Counted from the stretch's first letter, positions 36,180-46,057 are shown. The stretch: 64,000 bases of DNA from a virus (IMGVR_UViG_3300005937_000009:1-64000); one strand, 5' to 3'. Translations and numbers: made by a program. The notes: generated from the letters alone by a model not told the origin.

Positions 36180-38171
36180 TCAACTTGAAATCAATTGAAT
36201 CTCTGCGGGCTGCTCCGACCAGTGCGGAATCTTGCGTTTCTCCAGCCATTCGAAGATTGACATGCAGCGCTTTGTGACCTTGCCATTCTCGATATGCGGG
36301 TAGAGGACGTGGGAATCTTCATGGCCGATGCAGACGTTGACCGCGAGCGCGGCTTTGAATCCCTGATCACAGAAGTTGCGCCAGAAGTAGATATCAGCGT
36401 CGGTGTGCTCTACCCAATCCCCATCTTTATCCGGGACATTGAGAAACCATGGCTTGCGCAGCTTCTCAAAAACCCGTCTGCGAAAGACGGTCAATCCGAA
36501 ATGCCCGGTAGTGATCGGGACTAACCCCTGTGTGAGATCCACCGGCCCAGCAGTGCCGCATAGAACCTCTTCGAATGTCCCGCGCCGAGCCTGGACCGGT
36601 ACAATGCAGTCATACTGCGGATTCTGGTACAACAGCTTGATCATCTCGTAGACATCATCAGCGGTGCCTATCGTGTCGTAATCGGCGGTGAGGATAACGT
36701 CTGTCTCGTCGCCCTTCTGGTCTTTATACTGAAGCGCACTCTTGATCGATCGCGTCAAACCCTGCTCCCACCACGCGCCGCCGCTGGTGAGCAATGGAGC
36801 CCGCAGCATGACGGCAATCGCGCCGAGCACATCATTGGCATACAGGGAACCGTACCGGGGGCGACTCATCACCATGGCTACAACAACTTTCTTTTGTTCG
36901 GCAATAAGTCCGTTGTCGTGCCATTGCCCCGAGATGAATTGCCGCCCCGGTTCCTTGTTCTCTCGAATCTCCTCACCTTTGACCGGCCAGTTTTCGAGCT
37001 TCTTGGCTTCGTCTTTCCGTACCGCGATCAGGTTGCAATAGGTGCGGCAGATTATCTCATATCCGCGAGCCTCAAGGACGAAGCGCAGCGCGAGCCGGCC
37101 CGCCTGTCCATCCCCGTTAGGCTCAGGGATGAACATCGGATCGGCGTCGGGTGCGTATTCCGCCACGATCACACGCGGCTTGTACTTCACCATGGCGTTG
37201 AGTATGTGATACTCCTGCCCGTCAATATCCAATGAAAGGAGATCAATATCTATCGGTGCATCAACCAAGCTGAGCGCGGCGTCTACGCTGTAGTCACGGG
37301 TCAGGGCGTGATTGATCAGAATCACACCTGACCCCTGATCAGGGTAGCGCTGTTTGAGGCTGTGAAATAGCTTCTCGTCGGGCTCCATCAACAGGGCACC
37401 GCATCCGTTCTCTATCAATCGTCGCGTATTGGAGAAAAAGAGCCCGTCTGCCGCGCCCGCTTCGAAGCAAAACGCATTCTTGAACTTGATGGCGTTGAAG
37501 ATGGCCTCAATGATCCCATCCTCTCCGAACTGGCTATACTGATTAAGCGGTGCGATCGATTCAACAAACCCCTGATACTTGGGCTCCAGCGGCATATCGT
37601 CCGGAATATCGTAGCTGTAGGGCACGGTCTCGATCTCGATCGGCTTGGGAGCGGATTGCGGTTGTGGCTTCCTGGCCATCAGGTTGAGACTGACCGGGAG
37701 AGAGGCACAATCGTTCTTTAGTTCGCTCTGCCATGGTTCGATCTCAATCAATCCGGCATCGCTCATCAGCAATCGCAAGTTGTATTCATCAAAGATCGAC
37801 TTATGATAGTCGCTCGCGTGCTGCTGGCCACCCATCAGGAAAGAAGCGATAGGCGCATTTGGCGGGCATTCCCGTTGCCCAAGATATGCCTCACAGATCC
37901 ACCGGAAGTTGGGAACGGCCAGCTTGAGGATCCCCCCCGGCTTGAGGACGCGGACCCACTCTTTCAGGATCGCGGGAATCTCGGCAAGTGAAAAGTGCTC
38001 TAACGTGTGGCTGCACCTGATCACCTCGGCGCTGTTGTCGGCGTAGCGGGTCAGCGGATAGATCGAATCCCCGCGTTGCCCGTCGAGGTTATCGTAGCCG
38101 TCAAGCCAGGTGTCGGGATGGCCCGCGCCGAGGTTCAATTTCAAAGATGCTGTGATCGTGCCGTCTTTCAT
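36180..38171 (-). CDS. Three-domain fusion: class I SAM methyltransferase + FkbM-like methyltransferase + GT-A glycosyltransferase-like domain
   Basis: LNLGAG...SHTLEHF...WVRVLKPGG; YSQFGEDGI...EAGAADG..SNT...SLDIDGQEY; TADYD...GLTVFRRRVFEKL.KPWF...DIYF...CIGH. Confidence 0.8.
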   Translation of the reverse strand: MKDGTITASLKLNLGAGHPDTWLDGYDNLDGQRGDSIYPLTRYADNSAEVIRCSHTLEHFSLAEIPAILKEWVRVLKPGGILKLAVPNFRWICEAYLGQRECPPNAPIASFLMGGQQHASDYHKSIFDEYNLRLLMSDAGLIEIEPWQSELKNDCASLPVSLNLMARKPQPQSAPKPIEIETVPYSYDIPDDMPLEPKYQGFVESIAPLNQYSQFGEDGIIEAIFNAIKFKNAFCFEAGAADGLFFSNTRRLIENGCGALLMEPDEKLFHSLKQRYPDQGSGVILINHALTRDYSVDAALSLVDAPIDIDLLSLDIDGQEYHILNAMVKYKPRVIVAEYAPDADPMFIPEPNGDGQAGRLALRFVLEARGYEIICRTYCNLIAVRKDEAKKLENWPVKGEEIRENKEPGRQFISGQWHDNGLIAEQKKVVVAMVMSRPRYGSLYANDVLGAIAVMLRAPLLTSGGAWWEQGLTRSIKSALQYKDQKGDETDVILTADYDTIGTADDVYEMIKLLYQNPQYDCIVPVQARRGTFEEVLCGTAGPVDLTQGLVPITTGHFGLTVFRRRVFEKLRKPWFLNVPDKDGDWVEHTDADIYFWRNFCDQGFKAALAVNVCIGHEDSHVLYPHIENGKVTKRCMSIFEWLEKRKIPHWSEQPAEIQLISS

Positions 38172-38407
38172 TTATCTATTTTCTTAAACTCTACCTGCGC
38201 TACAATGCTGTCTAGTTCGCCATAAGCGCCGTTCTTTATGCGGATCTCAATCCATTCAAGTTTGCAATTATGCTCACGCTCAAACTTCTCTTTATTCCGG
38301 TGGTAGAGCATCAGAACGTGATCAAATACGGCCTCTTTGCTCCTGGCGTGTTCAATAAGGCGTTTACTGATCTCGAACGGCCATGTAATGCGCTGCGGGT
38401 CGCTCAT
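38168..38407 (-). CDS. Hypothetical protein
   Basis: 79 aa; ATGA overlaps at both ends. Confidence 0.6.
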   Translation of the reverse strand: MSDPQRITWPFEISKRLIEHARSKEAVFDHVLMLYHRNKEKFEREHNCKLEWIEIRIKNGAYGELDSIVAQVEFKKIDK

Positions 38408-41274
38408 CCCATCATCCCCGGTGCCGGCGGTTGTCCCATGGGCTTGGGTCGCGGCTGTGCGCTGCCTCCGGACCCTCCCGCCTGTTTGCCGTCGGGCGAA
38501 CTATTCTTTTTATCCGTGGTCTTTGGCTTCTCTTTCCCGCCTTCCTGATCCGGTGGCGGTCCCTGCGGAGGCTGACCCATCATCCCGAGCATCCCGGTAA
38601 ACTGCGCTTCGGCCATTAGCCCCTGGAGATGGAAATAGAGAAGAGCCTTGACCCCTTCCCGCTGCTCCTGCGGCGCCTTCTTGCCCTCGTCCGTGGTGAG
38701 CCATTCGCGCAGATATTGAATGCTGGACATATGGCCCAACTCCTCAATCATCGGCTGAGGCTGAAAGATCCCCATCAGGAATTGACCGGCCTCGGCCATC
38801 GGATCGACCGGCATGGGGACCATTTGACCGGTCATCGGGTCCGCTCCCATCTGTACCGCGGGCATATTCGCCTGGGCAACTTGCAGCATCGGAAGGGCTT
38901 GCGCCATCTGGTCTATCCGCTCCCGGCACATCTCGGCCGCCGCCGTGTAGTCTTCCCCGGCCAGGTCCACATCGAAGATCTCGGCCAACTGTTCAACCTG
39001 ATCGGGAAACTGCTGCATGGCCTGCTGGAGACCGGGGAGGCCACCCACACGCTGTAGAAAGCCGTCCCAGCGCTCGCGCCGTTCAAGATTGGTCTGCGGT
39101 AAATAGGAATCGCCTACGACCTCCGCGAAGAGATCGACATTGATATCCGCCGATTTCAACCATACGCCATCCTGTTCCCCCCGCTTCCCCGAAAGCGAGA
39201 CGTAGACTTCATCAATGCAATGAGTCTTAAACAGCTTAAGGATGATCTCGGCGGATACTCGATCGACCTCAGCTTTTAGGGCAAGCTGCGGGCCGAACAG
39301 CGATTGAGCGTTGGCGCTTGTGATCTGCGCACCGGTCGCCGTGCTGTTGTTGACTCCGGGCAATCCGCCGCTGAAGTCAGTAACCCGGCTGGCCTTCTGC
39401 ATGTAAAAGTCTAGTTGCTGGGCGTATCCAAAATGCTGCTGCGTCGGCGGCTGCGGCTGCAACTGGTAGACCGCATCTGACAGCCTTAACCGGTCGTCAA
39501 GGTTCGCCAACTCAACGGGGATATTCGAGAGCGACCCGAGATACGCACTGACGCCGTTGGGCAATAGCCGCGCATCGTAGAGCGTGGCCGGCATGGCTGC
39601 CGTGCGAAGCTGTGTGTAGATGATCGACATGATGAGGTTATATTGCCGGTTGCCCTCAATCATATCTTCGATCCCGCACCCGAGCGATGAGATTGCGCGA
39701 GGCCGCAGAACGGAACCTACCCAATAGTCTTTGTGGTGCTCGTCCCTGAGTTCGATTACCGCATCGATCCCCTCGACAAAGCACATATAGAGCCCGGTAG
39801 GGAAGAGATCAATAAGCTTTGTGCCCGCTGAGATCGTATCGCCTGATAGCGTGGTCAGGTTCTCATTCAGGATATTCCGCGAATAGAGGCAGGGATCTAG
39901 CCAGATCTGCACGAAGTCCGTTGACTGCTCATCGTTGTTATCCTTAAGCCAGGTTCCCGAGCTGCCCGCCGTGAAGGTCGCTTTCTTCAGCGAGTCTTCC
40001 ATGCGCATCGCCCACGAGTCGCCCTTTGCGGTCTTGATGTCCAGAAACGGAAAGGTGCTCTGTAGGATCGCAGTCCTGACACGGCGCCTACGGATCAGAT
40101 AGGGGGATTCGTGCGGGTCTTTCTGCAAGTCGTGCTTGAGTTCGAACGCGGGTACAGTCTCGCAGACCATATCCCCGGTGTCTATCTCGTCGTATCCGGT
40201 GACTGCTTCGACGGGGAAGGATTCAGCGGGTTGGATCTCGAGGTTTGGGCTTCCGCATTCTGGACATGTGGCGTGTCCCTCCATGGAGGGAGCGGCCCCC
40301 AATAGATCGGATGGGGCGGTCCCCATACTTGAGCCTTCCATGCCTCCACTTCCCGTAGAAAGCGCCCCCGGTTGAACCATCGTTGCTGTTTGCCCATGCT
40401 CGATCGCCTCGCCCTGTTGATACGCTTCTGGATTCTGTCTCTGAATGACCTGTTCCGCATCCTCTTCGCTCGGCATCTCCTGCCCGGTGAAGGGCTGCGC
40501 TAATTGAGCGCCCGCCGCTGGTCCTGCATCCGGCGGATAAGCGGACCCATTGCCCGCGCCTTGAACGTCTCCCGGTACACTATCAGGCTGAAGTTGCGCC
40601 GCTGCTCCGCTGGCCATAGCTCCGGCCATATCCCCGCTACCAGATGCCAATGGCCCGGACCATCCACAGTCAGCACAGAATCCGGTGGTTTCGCCCATCT
40701 GCATCTGCTGCTGTTCGATTCGTGGCCGTCTGGCCTTTCCTTTGACTTCATCGCTGTACCGGATATACCGGGCGTATTTCCCGCCCAGCGCAAGCATGGC
40801 CTCAAGCTGTTTGAATTGGTTGGTGTAAAGTTTGCGCTTGTAGTGGTCGTGGGCCTTTTGCGCGGCCTTTGCTGAGCCCTGCGCCTGGTCCGCATCGCTT
40901 GACGGTCGCCATGCGATGTCGGTATTTGATCCTGACCACTTCGCCCGCGAGTTCTCCGCATAGAACCCCACGAGGTTATAGCCATATACCGGCGTGTCGG
41001 TGCGCTCCGGGAGGGGTGCCGGTCGCCATCCTCCCCCGTATTTCGCTCTCCGTAGAAGGTGCCGACCTTCGATGAAAGAAAAACTCATGGCCCAGATCAG
41101 GGATTGATTATCCCAGACCATGATGTCTTCGCCCTCGAGCCGCCGCTTCTCGCTCAAGAACCAATCGGCGCGGATCTGGATTGAGCGATCGGCCTGCGCG
41201 CCCTGCATCGCTCCCATGAGCGGACCTTGCGGCGCGAGATTCGGAGTTGTAGCCGTGGCGAGGGAAAGAGACAT
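38404..41274 (-). CDS. Portal protein with a Zn-ribbon insertion
   Basis: 956 aa downstream of terL; podovirus-portal-like patterns (YLIRRRRV, PGVNNSTATGAQI), Pro/Gln tail. Confidence 0.8.
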   Translation of the reverse strand: MSLSLATATTPNLAPQGPLMGAMQGAQADRSIQIRADWFLSEKRRLEGEDIMVWDNQSLIWAMSFSFIEGRHLLRRAKYGGGWRPAPLPERTDTPVYGYNLVGFYAENSRAKWSGSNTDIAWRPSSDADQAQGSAKAAQKAHDHYKRKLYTNQFKQLEAMLALGGKYARYIRYSDEVKGKARRPRIEQQQMQMGETTGFCADCGWSGPLASGSGDMAGAMASGAAAQLQPDSVPGDVQGAGNGSAYPPDAGPAAGAQLAQPFTGQEMPSEEDAEQVIQRQNPEAYQQGEAIEHGQTATMVQPGALSTGSGGMEGSSMGTAPSDLLGAAPSMEGHATCPECGSPNLEIQPAESFPVEAVTGYDEIDTGDMVCETVPAFELKHDLQKDPHESPYLIRRRRVRTAILQSTFPFLDIKTAKGDSWAMRMEDSLKKATFTAGSSGTWLKDNNDEQSTDFVQIWLDPCLYSRNILNENLTTLSGDTISAGTKLIDLFPTGLYMCFVEGIDAVIELRDEHHKDYWVGSVLRPRAISSLGCGIEDMIEGNRQYNLIMSIIYTQLRTAAMPATLYDARLLPNGVSAYLGSLSNIPVELANLDDRLRLSDAVYQLQPQPPTQQHFGYAQQLDFYMQKASRVTDFSGGLPGVNNSTATGAQITSANAQSLFGPQLALKAEVDRVSAEIILKLFKTHCIDEVYVSLSGKRGEQDGVWLKSADINVDLFAEVVGDSYLPQTNLERRERWDGFLQRVGGLPGLQQAMQQFPDQVEQLAEIFDVDLAGEDYTAAAEMCRERIDQMAQALPMLQVAQANMPAVQMGADPMTGQMVPMPVDPMAEAGQFLMGIFQPQPMIEELGHMSSIQYLREWLTTDEGKKAPQEQREGVKALLYFHLQGLMAEAQFTGMLGMMGQPPQGPPPDQEGGKEKPKTTDKKNSSPDGKQAGGSGGSAQPRPKPMGQPPAPGMMG

Positions 41275-41681
41275 CAGGCTTTGAGCGGGATTCTATCGGC
41301 CATAAACTTCCGTTCGTAGTCCTTCCATTCGTTCGCGTATCTCACCTTTGCCTCTGCCGCGCTCATCCGGCAGGCTTCAGGAAAGATTTGCTCTATCTCT
41401 TCCTTAATCGCATCCTCCATAAATACCTGCTCCTGCCAGGTCAGCGGCGGCAGCGTGTCGGGATCTGGAATCTTTACAACTCGCTCGCTCTCGACCTGCA
41501 CCAACGGCTTGACGTGAGCCTGCTTCAACAGCGCATCGGTCAGCTTCCATTCCCGCTCACGCCACTGGCTCTCTATCCGCTCGACCTTGCGTTGATGCCA
41601 GATAAAAAAGCCGACTAACGCCCCGATGAGCAGAGCGTTAGTCAGCAGAAGTAATGACACCAGTAATGAACCCGTGTTCAT
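41274..41681 (-). CDS. Membrane-anchored hypothetical protein
   Basis: ATG at 41681; N-terminal TM LLVSLLLLTNALLIGALVGFFIW; TGATG coupling to the portal gene. Confidence 0.6.
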   Translation of the reverse strand: MNTGSLLVSLLLLTNALLIGALVGFFIWHQRKVERIESQWREREWKLTDALLKQAHVKPLVQVESERVVKIPDPDTLPPLTWQEQVFMEDAIKEEIEQIFPEACRMSAAEAKVRYANEWKDYERKFMADRIPLKA

Positions 41682-41733
41682 TAAGAGAAGGAAGTTAGAC
41701 TGAAATGATTTACAGGAGGATAACCGACAAGGA

Positions 41734-42066
41734 CTACTGAGACAAATAACCGTCGAACGTCGAAGGGATATCAATACCGGTCAGATTGCCCTGAATGATC
41801 GCGGCAAGCCCAGCTCTTGTGGTCGCGGTGTGGGTCGAAGCGACCGCCCCGGCATTGAGTGCCCATTGGAGCCCAAGCGAAATCTGGCGCAAGGCATCGG
41901 GAGCGGCCCCCGCCGTCGGCGCGAGCGCTTCGATTGCAGCGCGTAATAGCGCGATCGTAGCATTACCGGAAACAGTTGAATCCGTGCCGCCCGCTGCCCC
42001 GATTAGGTTCGCGGACGCGAGCCCCATCATTGCGCCCTGTTGAAAGTCATAAGGTACGGTAGCCAT
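41734..42066 (-). CDS. Ala/Gly-rich small virion-type protein
   Basis: 110 aa; GAGGTG SD. Confidence 0.6.
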   Translation of the reverse strand: MATVPYDFQQGAMMGLASANLIGAAGGTDSTVSGNATIALLRAAIEALAPTAGAAPDALRQISLGLQWALNAGAVASTHTATTRAGLAAIIQGNLTGIDIPSTFDGYLSQ

Positions 42067-42161
42067 ATGATCACCTCACTTTGGAAACGGTGTTAATTGA
42101 AGTAGCCACCACCGGGTTAGCTAGCATGTGTTTTACCCTTCAAGGAACCGGATAGGCCATA

Positions 42162-42235
<74 letters not shown>

Positions 42236-42240
42236 ACAAG

Positions 42241-42513
42241 TTATTTCTTGGGTTTGCCTTTCGGCGCTAGTTCTTCGTCGGCCTGCGCTCGCTGAACGGT
42301 CGATGCTGCGGCCTGCTGCGCCTGCAATGCGTGCCAATTCGCTATAGCCTGCCCACACGCTATCTCCATGGCGGTCTGCCCGGTGTTCGGTCTCGCATCG
42401 CGCACGGCGTCAATCCAGCGCTGGCGGGTGAAAAAGTCGATCCCATCCCAGTCCTGGCCATAGATGGCGGCGGCTGCGGGTGCGATCTCTGCGGCAAAAT
42501 CTCTATGATCCAT
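42241..42513 (-). CDS. Hypothetical protein between the tRNAs
   Basis: 90-aa ORF with GAGGA SD. Confidence 0.6.
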   Translation of the reverse strand: MDHRDFAAEIAPAAAAIYGQDWDGIDFFTRQRWIDAVRDARPNTGQTAMEIACGQAIANWHALQAQQAAASTVQRAQADEELAPKGKPKK

Positions 42514-42529
42514 TATTGATCCTCTTGAG

Positions 42530-42602
42530 TGGCACGGGCAGGAATCGAACCTGCGTCAAACACTTTATGAGAGTGTTGAGATAACCACTTCTCTACCGTG
42601 CC
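42530..42602 (-). tRNA. tRNA with CAT anticodon (elongator Met or Ile2)
   Basis: GGCACGG-TA-GAGA.TCTC-A-ACACT-CTCATAA-AGTGT-TTGAC-GCAGG-TTCGATT-CCTGC-CCGTGCC-A. Confidence 0.9.
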
Positions 42603-42610
42603 GAGACTGG

Positions 42611-44353
42611 TTATCTATCCCAACTATCCCATGGCGATTGCTCGGCCACGTTTTCGAGCGGTGACGCGGGATTCCACGTATCATCCAGATCCTTCCCGCG
42701 CTTCTGCTCAATCGTTTTCTTGACCTCTGTAACCTTGATGGCGCGGGCCAGTTCCCAGCCCTCACGCTTCCAATCGGTGTTGATCTCTGGCGCGTTCTCC
42801 ACCCGGAGAGACTTGGGCAATGCGGCCTCAACCTGTTCGAACTCGGTGAGCCCTGCGGCGGTCGTGAACCACTTGGCAGCCATCCCGCGTAGCGCATCCA
42901 TGTAGTGGTTGAAGAAATCGTAAGGAATGATTCGATTTGAGCCAGTGCGATCGGTAACAACCTGGCTTACCCATTTGTACTGCCGGAACTCCGCCCGGAG
43001 GAGGGCTAAGCCTTCATCACCTTTCGGGTTCTCGATCTGATCATCAGGGACAATGACATACAGGCCGGGTCGCCCCATGACATTCGGCTTAAATGGGTGC
43101 GGTCGCTCCGCGTGTCTGATCTTGAGGACGTGTTGAACCTGCGCAATGCCCCCTATCACGTCGGGTTGCCATTTGAGGAAGTGAAGACCGGCCTTGCGCC
43201 GATAGGTCGCTTGCTCTGAACTGGCTTCGTGCGACATCACCCGGTATTGAATGCGCGATGCCCATTTGTGATCAGCCTCAATCATCCGGATCTTATCGGC
43301 AATCTCATCCGGTATCTCGCCGCGACAGGTCAGAATCGCGGGGATGAAGATGGACCCGGCCAGCGGCAGGCCATGGATGCGGGGCGAGTTCTCCCCGGCG
43401 ACGAACGCCCAGACAGTTGCGCACGGGTCCGGGTCGAAGCCCCAATCCTGCGCGCACGCTCCTAGCCAGTGATCAGGTATGGCCTTATCTCCGAAGACTG
43501 CGGCGAATTGCGACCAAGTAATGACGTGATGCCCATTTGCACCATCGGACCACGCCTTATAGATATTCCCCTTCGGCCTGATCCTCCAGTCGCCAAGGCG
43601 CAATTGAGCCCGCGTAACCGGGTCGAGGAGTTCTAGAGACTTTTCATATTCCGCTTGGTCAAGGTGCGGGTTATCGTCCATCCGGGCGGGCACGAATGCG
43701 GCGCCGTCCTTTTCGAAGCATTGGACCTCTGCGGCGTCGGTGGGCTCCCAATCATCTGGAATGAATCGCTGCTGTACCCACTCGGCACCGATGCCGCCGG
43801 GATTCGACGCGGCGCGCATCCGGAGGGGAACATTTGAGCCCTTCAGACGGCGCAAGCGAGAGAAGAGGTATTTATATTGGGTCTCGGTGAACTGCGTTAA
43901 TTCATCGAAGGCGATGAACTGGTATTCTGCGGATTGGTACTGGTAGACGTCGGCTTCGTTCTGGAGATAGCCGAATGCGACAATGCCGCCTTTAGGGAAC
44001 TTCCATTGCTTCTTCTGCTCATTCCAGCGGGCGGAGGTCTGAGACAACCACTGGTGGGCACGATCAAGAAGAGCGCCAGGCTTTGCCAAATCCTGAAATG
44101 TCCGCCTGAGAAGCAGAGCGGCATACCCTGGTTCGTCTGCCCATTCGAGAGCGCCCATCAAGAGCGCTTGCGACTTACCACCACCGGCCGCGCCACCGTA
44201 GAATGCCTCCAGATGTGGTAGATTTAGGAATAGGCGCTGTCTTTCCGTCGGCTCGCAGGGGGAATACTGGCTAGTGCGTAGTTCGACGGAGAGCAGCCAT
44301 TCAAGCTCGCGCTGTTCGGCTGGTGTCAGTCTATCAAAATCGTAAGTAGGCAA
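42611..44353 (-). CDS. terL: Terminase large subunit
   Basis: YGGAAGGGKS (Walker A), FIAFDELTQF (Walker B), MRAASNPGG, QDWGF and NHYMDALRG nuclease motifs. Confidence 0.95.
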   Translation of the reverse strand: MPTYDFDRLTPAEQRELEWLLSVELRTSQYSPCEPTERQRLFLNLPHLEAFYGGAAGGGKSQALLMGALEWADEPGYAALLLRRTFQDLAKPGALLDRAHQWLSQTSARWNEQKKQWKFPKGGIVAFGYLQNEADVYQYQSAEYQFIAFDELTQFTETQYKYLFSRLRRLKGSNVPLRMRAASNPGGIGAEWVQQRFIPDDWEPTDAAEVQCFEKDGAAFVPARMDDNPHLDQAEYEKSLELLDPVTRAQLRLGDWRIRPKGNIYKAWSDGANGHHVITWSQFAAVFGDKAIPDHWLGACAQDWGFDPDPCATVWAFVAGENSPRIHGLPLAGSIFIPAILTCRGEIPDEIADKIRMIEADHKWASRIQYRVMSHEASSEQATYRRKAGLHFLKWQPDVIGGIAQVQHVLKIRHAERPHPFKPNVMGRPGLYVIVPDDQIENPKGDEGLALLRAEFRQYKWVSQVVTDRTGSNRIIPYDFFNHYMDALRGMAAKWFTTAAGLTEFEQVEAALPKSLRVENAPEINTDWKREGWELARAIKVTEVKKTIEQKRGKDLDDTWNPASPLENVAEQSPWDSWDR

Positions 44354-44806
44354 TTACGCGACTTTGGCTTTGTCGGTGAGTTGAAGTAATCGGGCTTTGC
44401 GCTCGTCGGGTGTGCCGTTGCGGTGCTCGTTGATTACGGTAGCGTGGCCGCGCAGAAGCAGCAGCTTGTCAATGTAGATTCCGGTCTCGATCCCGGTGAT
44501 AGATCCGCCTCGATCCTGTTTGGCCTGAAGAGACGCAACTACAACCTTTTCAAGCAATTCGGCTATATCTGCTTTCTTTTCCTCGTGCAATTCCGCGACG
44601 GCTGGAACGATGCCGCGCTCATCTCGCCAGCAAGAGAGAGTCTTATAGGGGATCCCAAGCTTTGCGCAAGCCTCCGTGAGATTGCCCTTGCAGAAATCGA
44701 GATAGGCCAGGGCTGCCGCTTTCTCCTGATCTGAGTACTTGCGCTTAGACCAGTTCTGGCGCTTCTTGTGACCATTGCCGTTGGTGTGGCCATTGGTGGC
44801 AGACAT
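44354..44806 (-). CDS. terS: Terminase small subunit (HTH)
   Basis: KYSDQEKAAAL...NLTEACAKLGIPYKTLSCW HTH, directly upstream of terL. Confidence 0.75.
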   Translation of the reverse strand: MSATNGHTNGNGHKKRQNWSKRKYSDQEKAAALAYLDFCKGNLTEACAKLGIPYKTLSCWRDERGIVPAVAELHEEKKADIAELLEKVVVASLQAKQDRGGSITGIETGIYIDKLLLLRGHATVINEHRNGTPDERKARLLQLTDKAKVA

Positions 44807-44808
44807 GA

Positions 44809-45021
44809 CTATTTGCGGATCAGGCCGGTGATCTGTTGAGAAGCAGTGAGCCTGCCGACGAGAGTAAGGACCATGCCGGCCAGGTCCGCAATCATTTCGG
44901 GTGTGCCCTGTAGTCTAGGCTGTAGTTTGGGAGCGAAAACCCCGATTGCCATAATGATTACGCCCCAAAAGACTTTGGAAGTGATAAGGGCTTTGCCTTG
45001 TTCGGTGTCGAAAGAGGACAT
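44809..45021 (-). CDS. Holin-like two-TM protein
   Basis: ATG at 45021 with GAAAGGAG SD; ITSKVFWGVIIMAIG...LAGMVLTLVGR holin-like pattern. Confidence 0.55.
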   Translation of the reverse strand: MSSFDTEQGKALITSKVFWGVIIMAIGVFAPKLQPRLQGTPEMIADLAGMVLTLVGRLTASQQITGLIRK

Positions 45022-45251
45022 GTGATCTCCTTTCAGATCGACAACGCCAGCATTCGCGGCGTGCCATTTGTGAGCGGGGATCAGGGGAATTATTTGGGTG
45101 TTGGTAGTAGGGAAACAGGCGCAGGGATACCCGTAAAAGATCGGGCAGTTTGCCTGGTGCTCAACTCGAGTCCGGGAGTTATAAGCGACCCTGGAGCGGC
45201 GGAGAAGGCCAGCCGCTTCCAGAGTGGTTAGTTGTTGCTCGCTATCTGGCC

Positions 45252-45749
45252 TCATGATTCTCGTGGGCGGATCTCGATCCTGACCTGATATTGCCGTGGG
45301 CCGGATTCGAAAGGGGCTTGATGGTATTCGAAGTCGAGGAGAGGTGATCCATCATCCTCCCCGATAAGGCTGCATACTTCGTCTCTGATACCCTTGAATG
45401 CGCGTTGCAGGTTGTCAGAGTCGAGTTTATTCGGCCCGAGGCGTGTAAAGCGAATTGTGCAGGGAAGGGGAGGGCGCCAGCGTTTAACAAGGCGTTTCCA
45501 TTCCCAGCGGACCTCAGATTGTTGTTGTTGCTTCCGGGCGTTCTGTGCGGTCCAGTGTTCGCGGTTATTGGCCTCACTGACGGTAACGATCGGGAGCGAG
45601 AGAAATAGTGTAAAATCGGTGATATAACACTGAACAGGGAGCGCGGCGTCTGGTGTGACGGGTCCGCGCTTCCGTTTTTTCTCTTGTTGTTGCAGTGCGC
45701 GCAGTTCACTGATACTGATCCTGTCTGTCTCCATGGTTCGGGGTTCCAT
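45252..45749 (-). CDS. RusA-like endonuclease / Holliday junction resolvase
   Basis: SEANNREHW...CTIRFTR...LDSDNLQRAFKGIRD...GEDD motif. Confidence 0.75.
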   Translation of the reverse strand: MEPRTMETDRISISELRALQQQEKKRKRGPVTPDAALPVQCYITDFTLFLSLPIVTVSEANNREHWTAQNARKQQQQSEVRWEWKRLVKRWRPPLPCTIRFTRLGPNKLDSDNLQRAFKGIRDEVCSLIGEDDGSPLLDFEYHQAPFESGPRQYQVRIEIRPRES

Positions 45750-45830
45750 GATGCCTTTGGGTTTGGCCTTTCGCGGCCTGCGCGGGGAGCGAATGGGGAT
45801 ACTCCGTATTGCATAATAGGGCAGGGAACG

Positions 45831-46052
45831 TTAGCCCCTACCCTTCTCCGCTTGTTCTCTTCTCCGTTGAGTTCGGTTTCGATGATAGATGCGGCTGGCC
45901 TCATTCACCTTGTTGGCGCAGGGCCGACATCTGGTTGTGGTGCCGTTCAGGCCGCGCACTTCTCCGCAATCGATACAGCGTCCATCCTCGCGGTAGATCT
46001 GCTGTATTTCATAGCTGATTTGCTTGATGAAGCGGTAGACGTGCGGGCGCAT
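45831..46052 (-). CDS. Small Zn-finger protein
   Basis: CIDC...CRPC, basic tail. Confidence 0.55.
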   Translation of the reverse strand: MRPHVYRFIKQISYEIQQIYREDGRCIDCGEVRGLNGTTTRCRPCANKVNEASRIYHRNRTQRRREQAEKGRG

Positions 46053-46057
46053 ATTGA

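Noticed and set aside
40252-40680. Intein in the portal
   Set aside because: No His-Asn-Cys/Ser/Thr splice junction or homing endonuclease motifs; the insert is low complexity.
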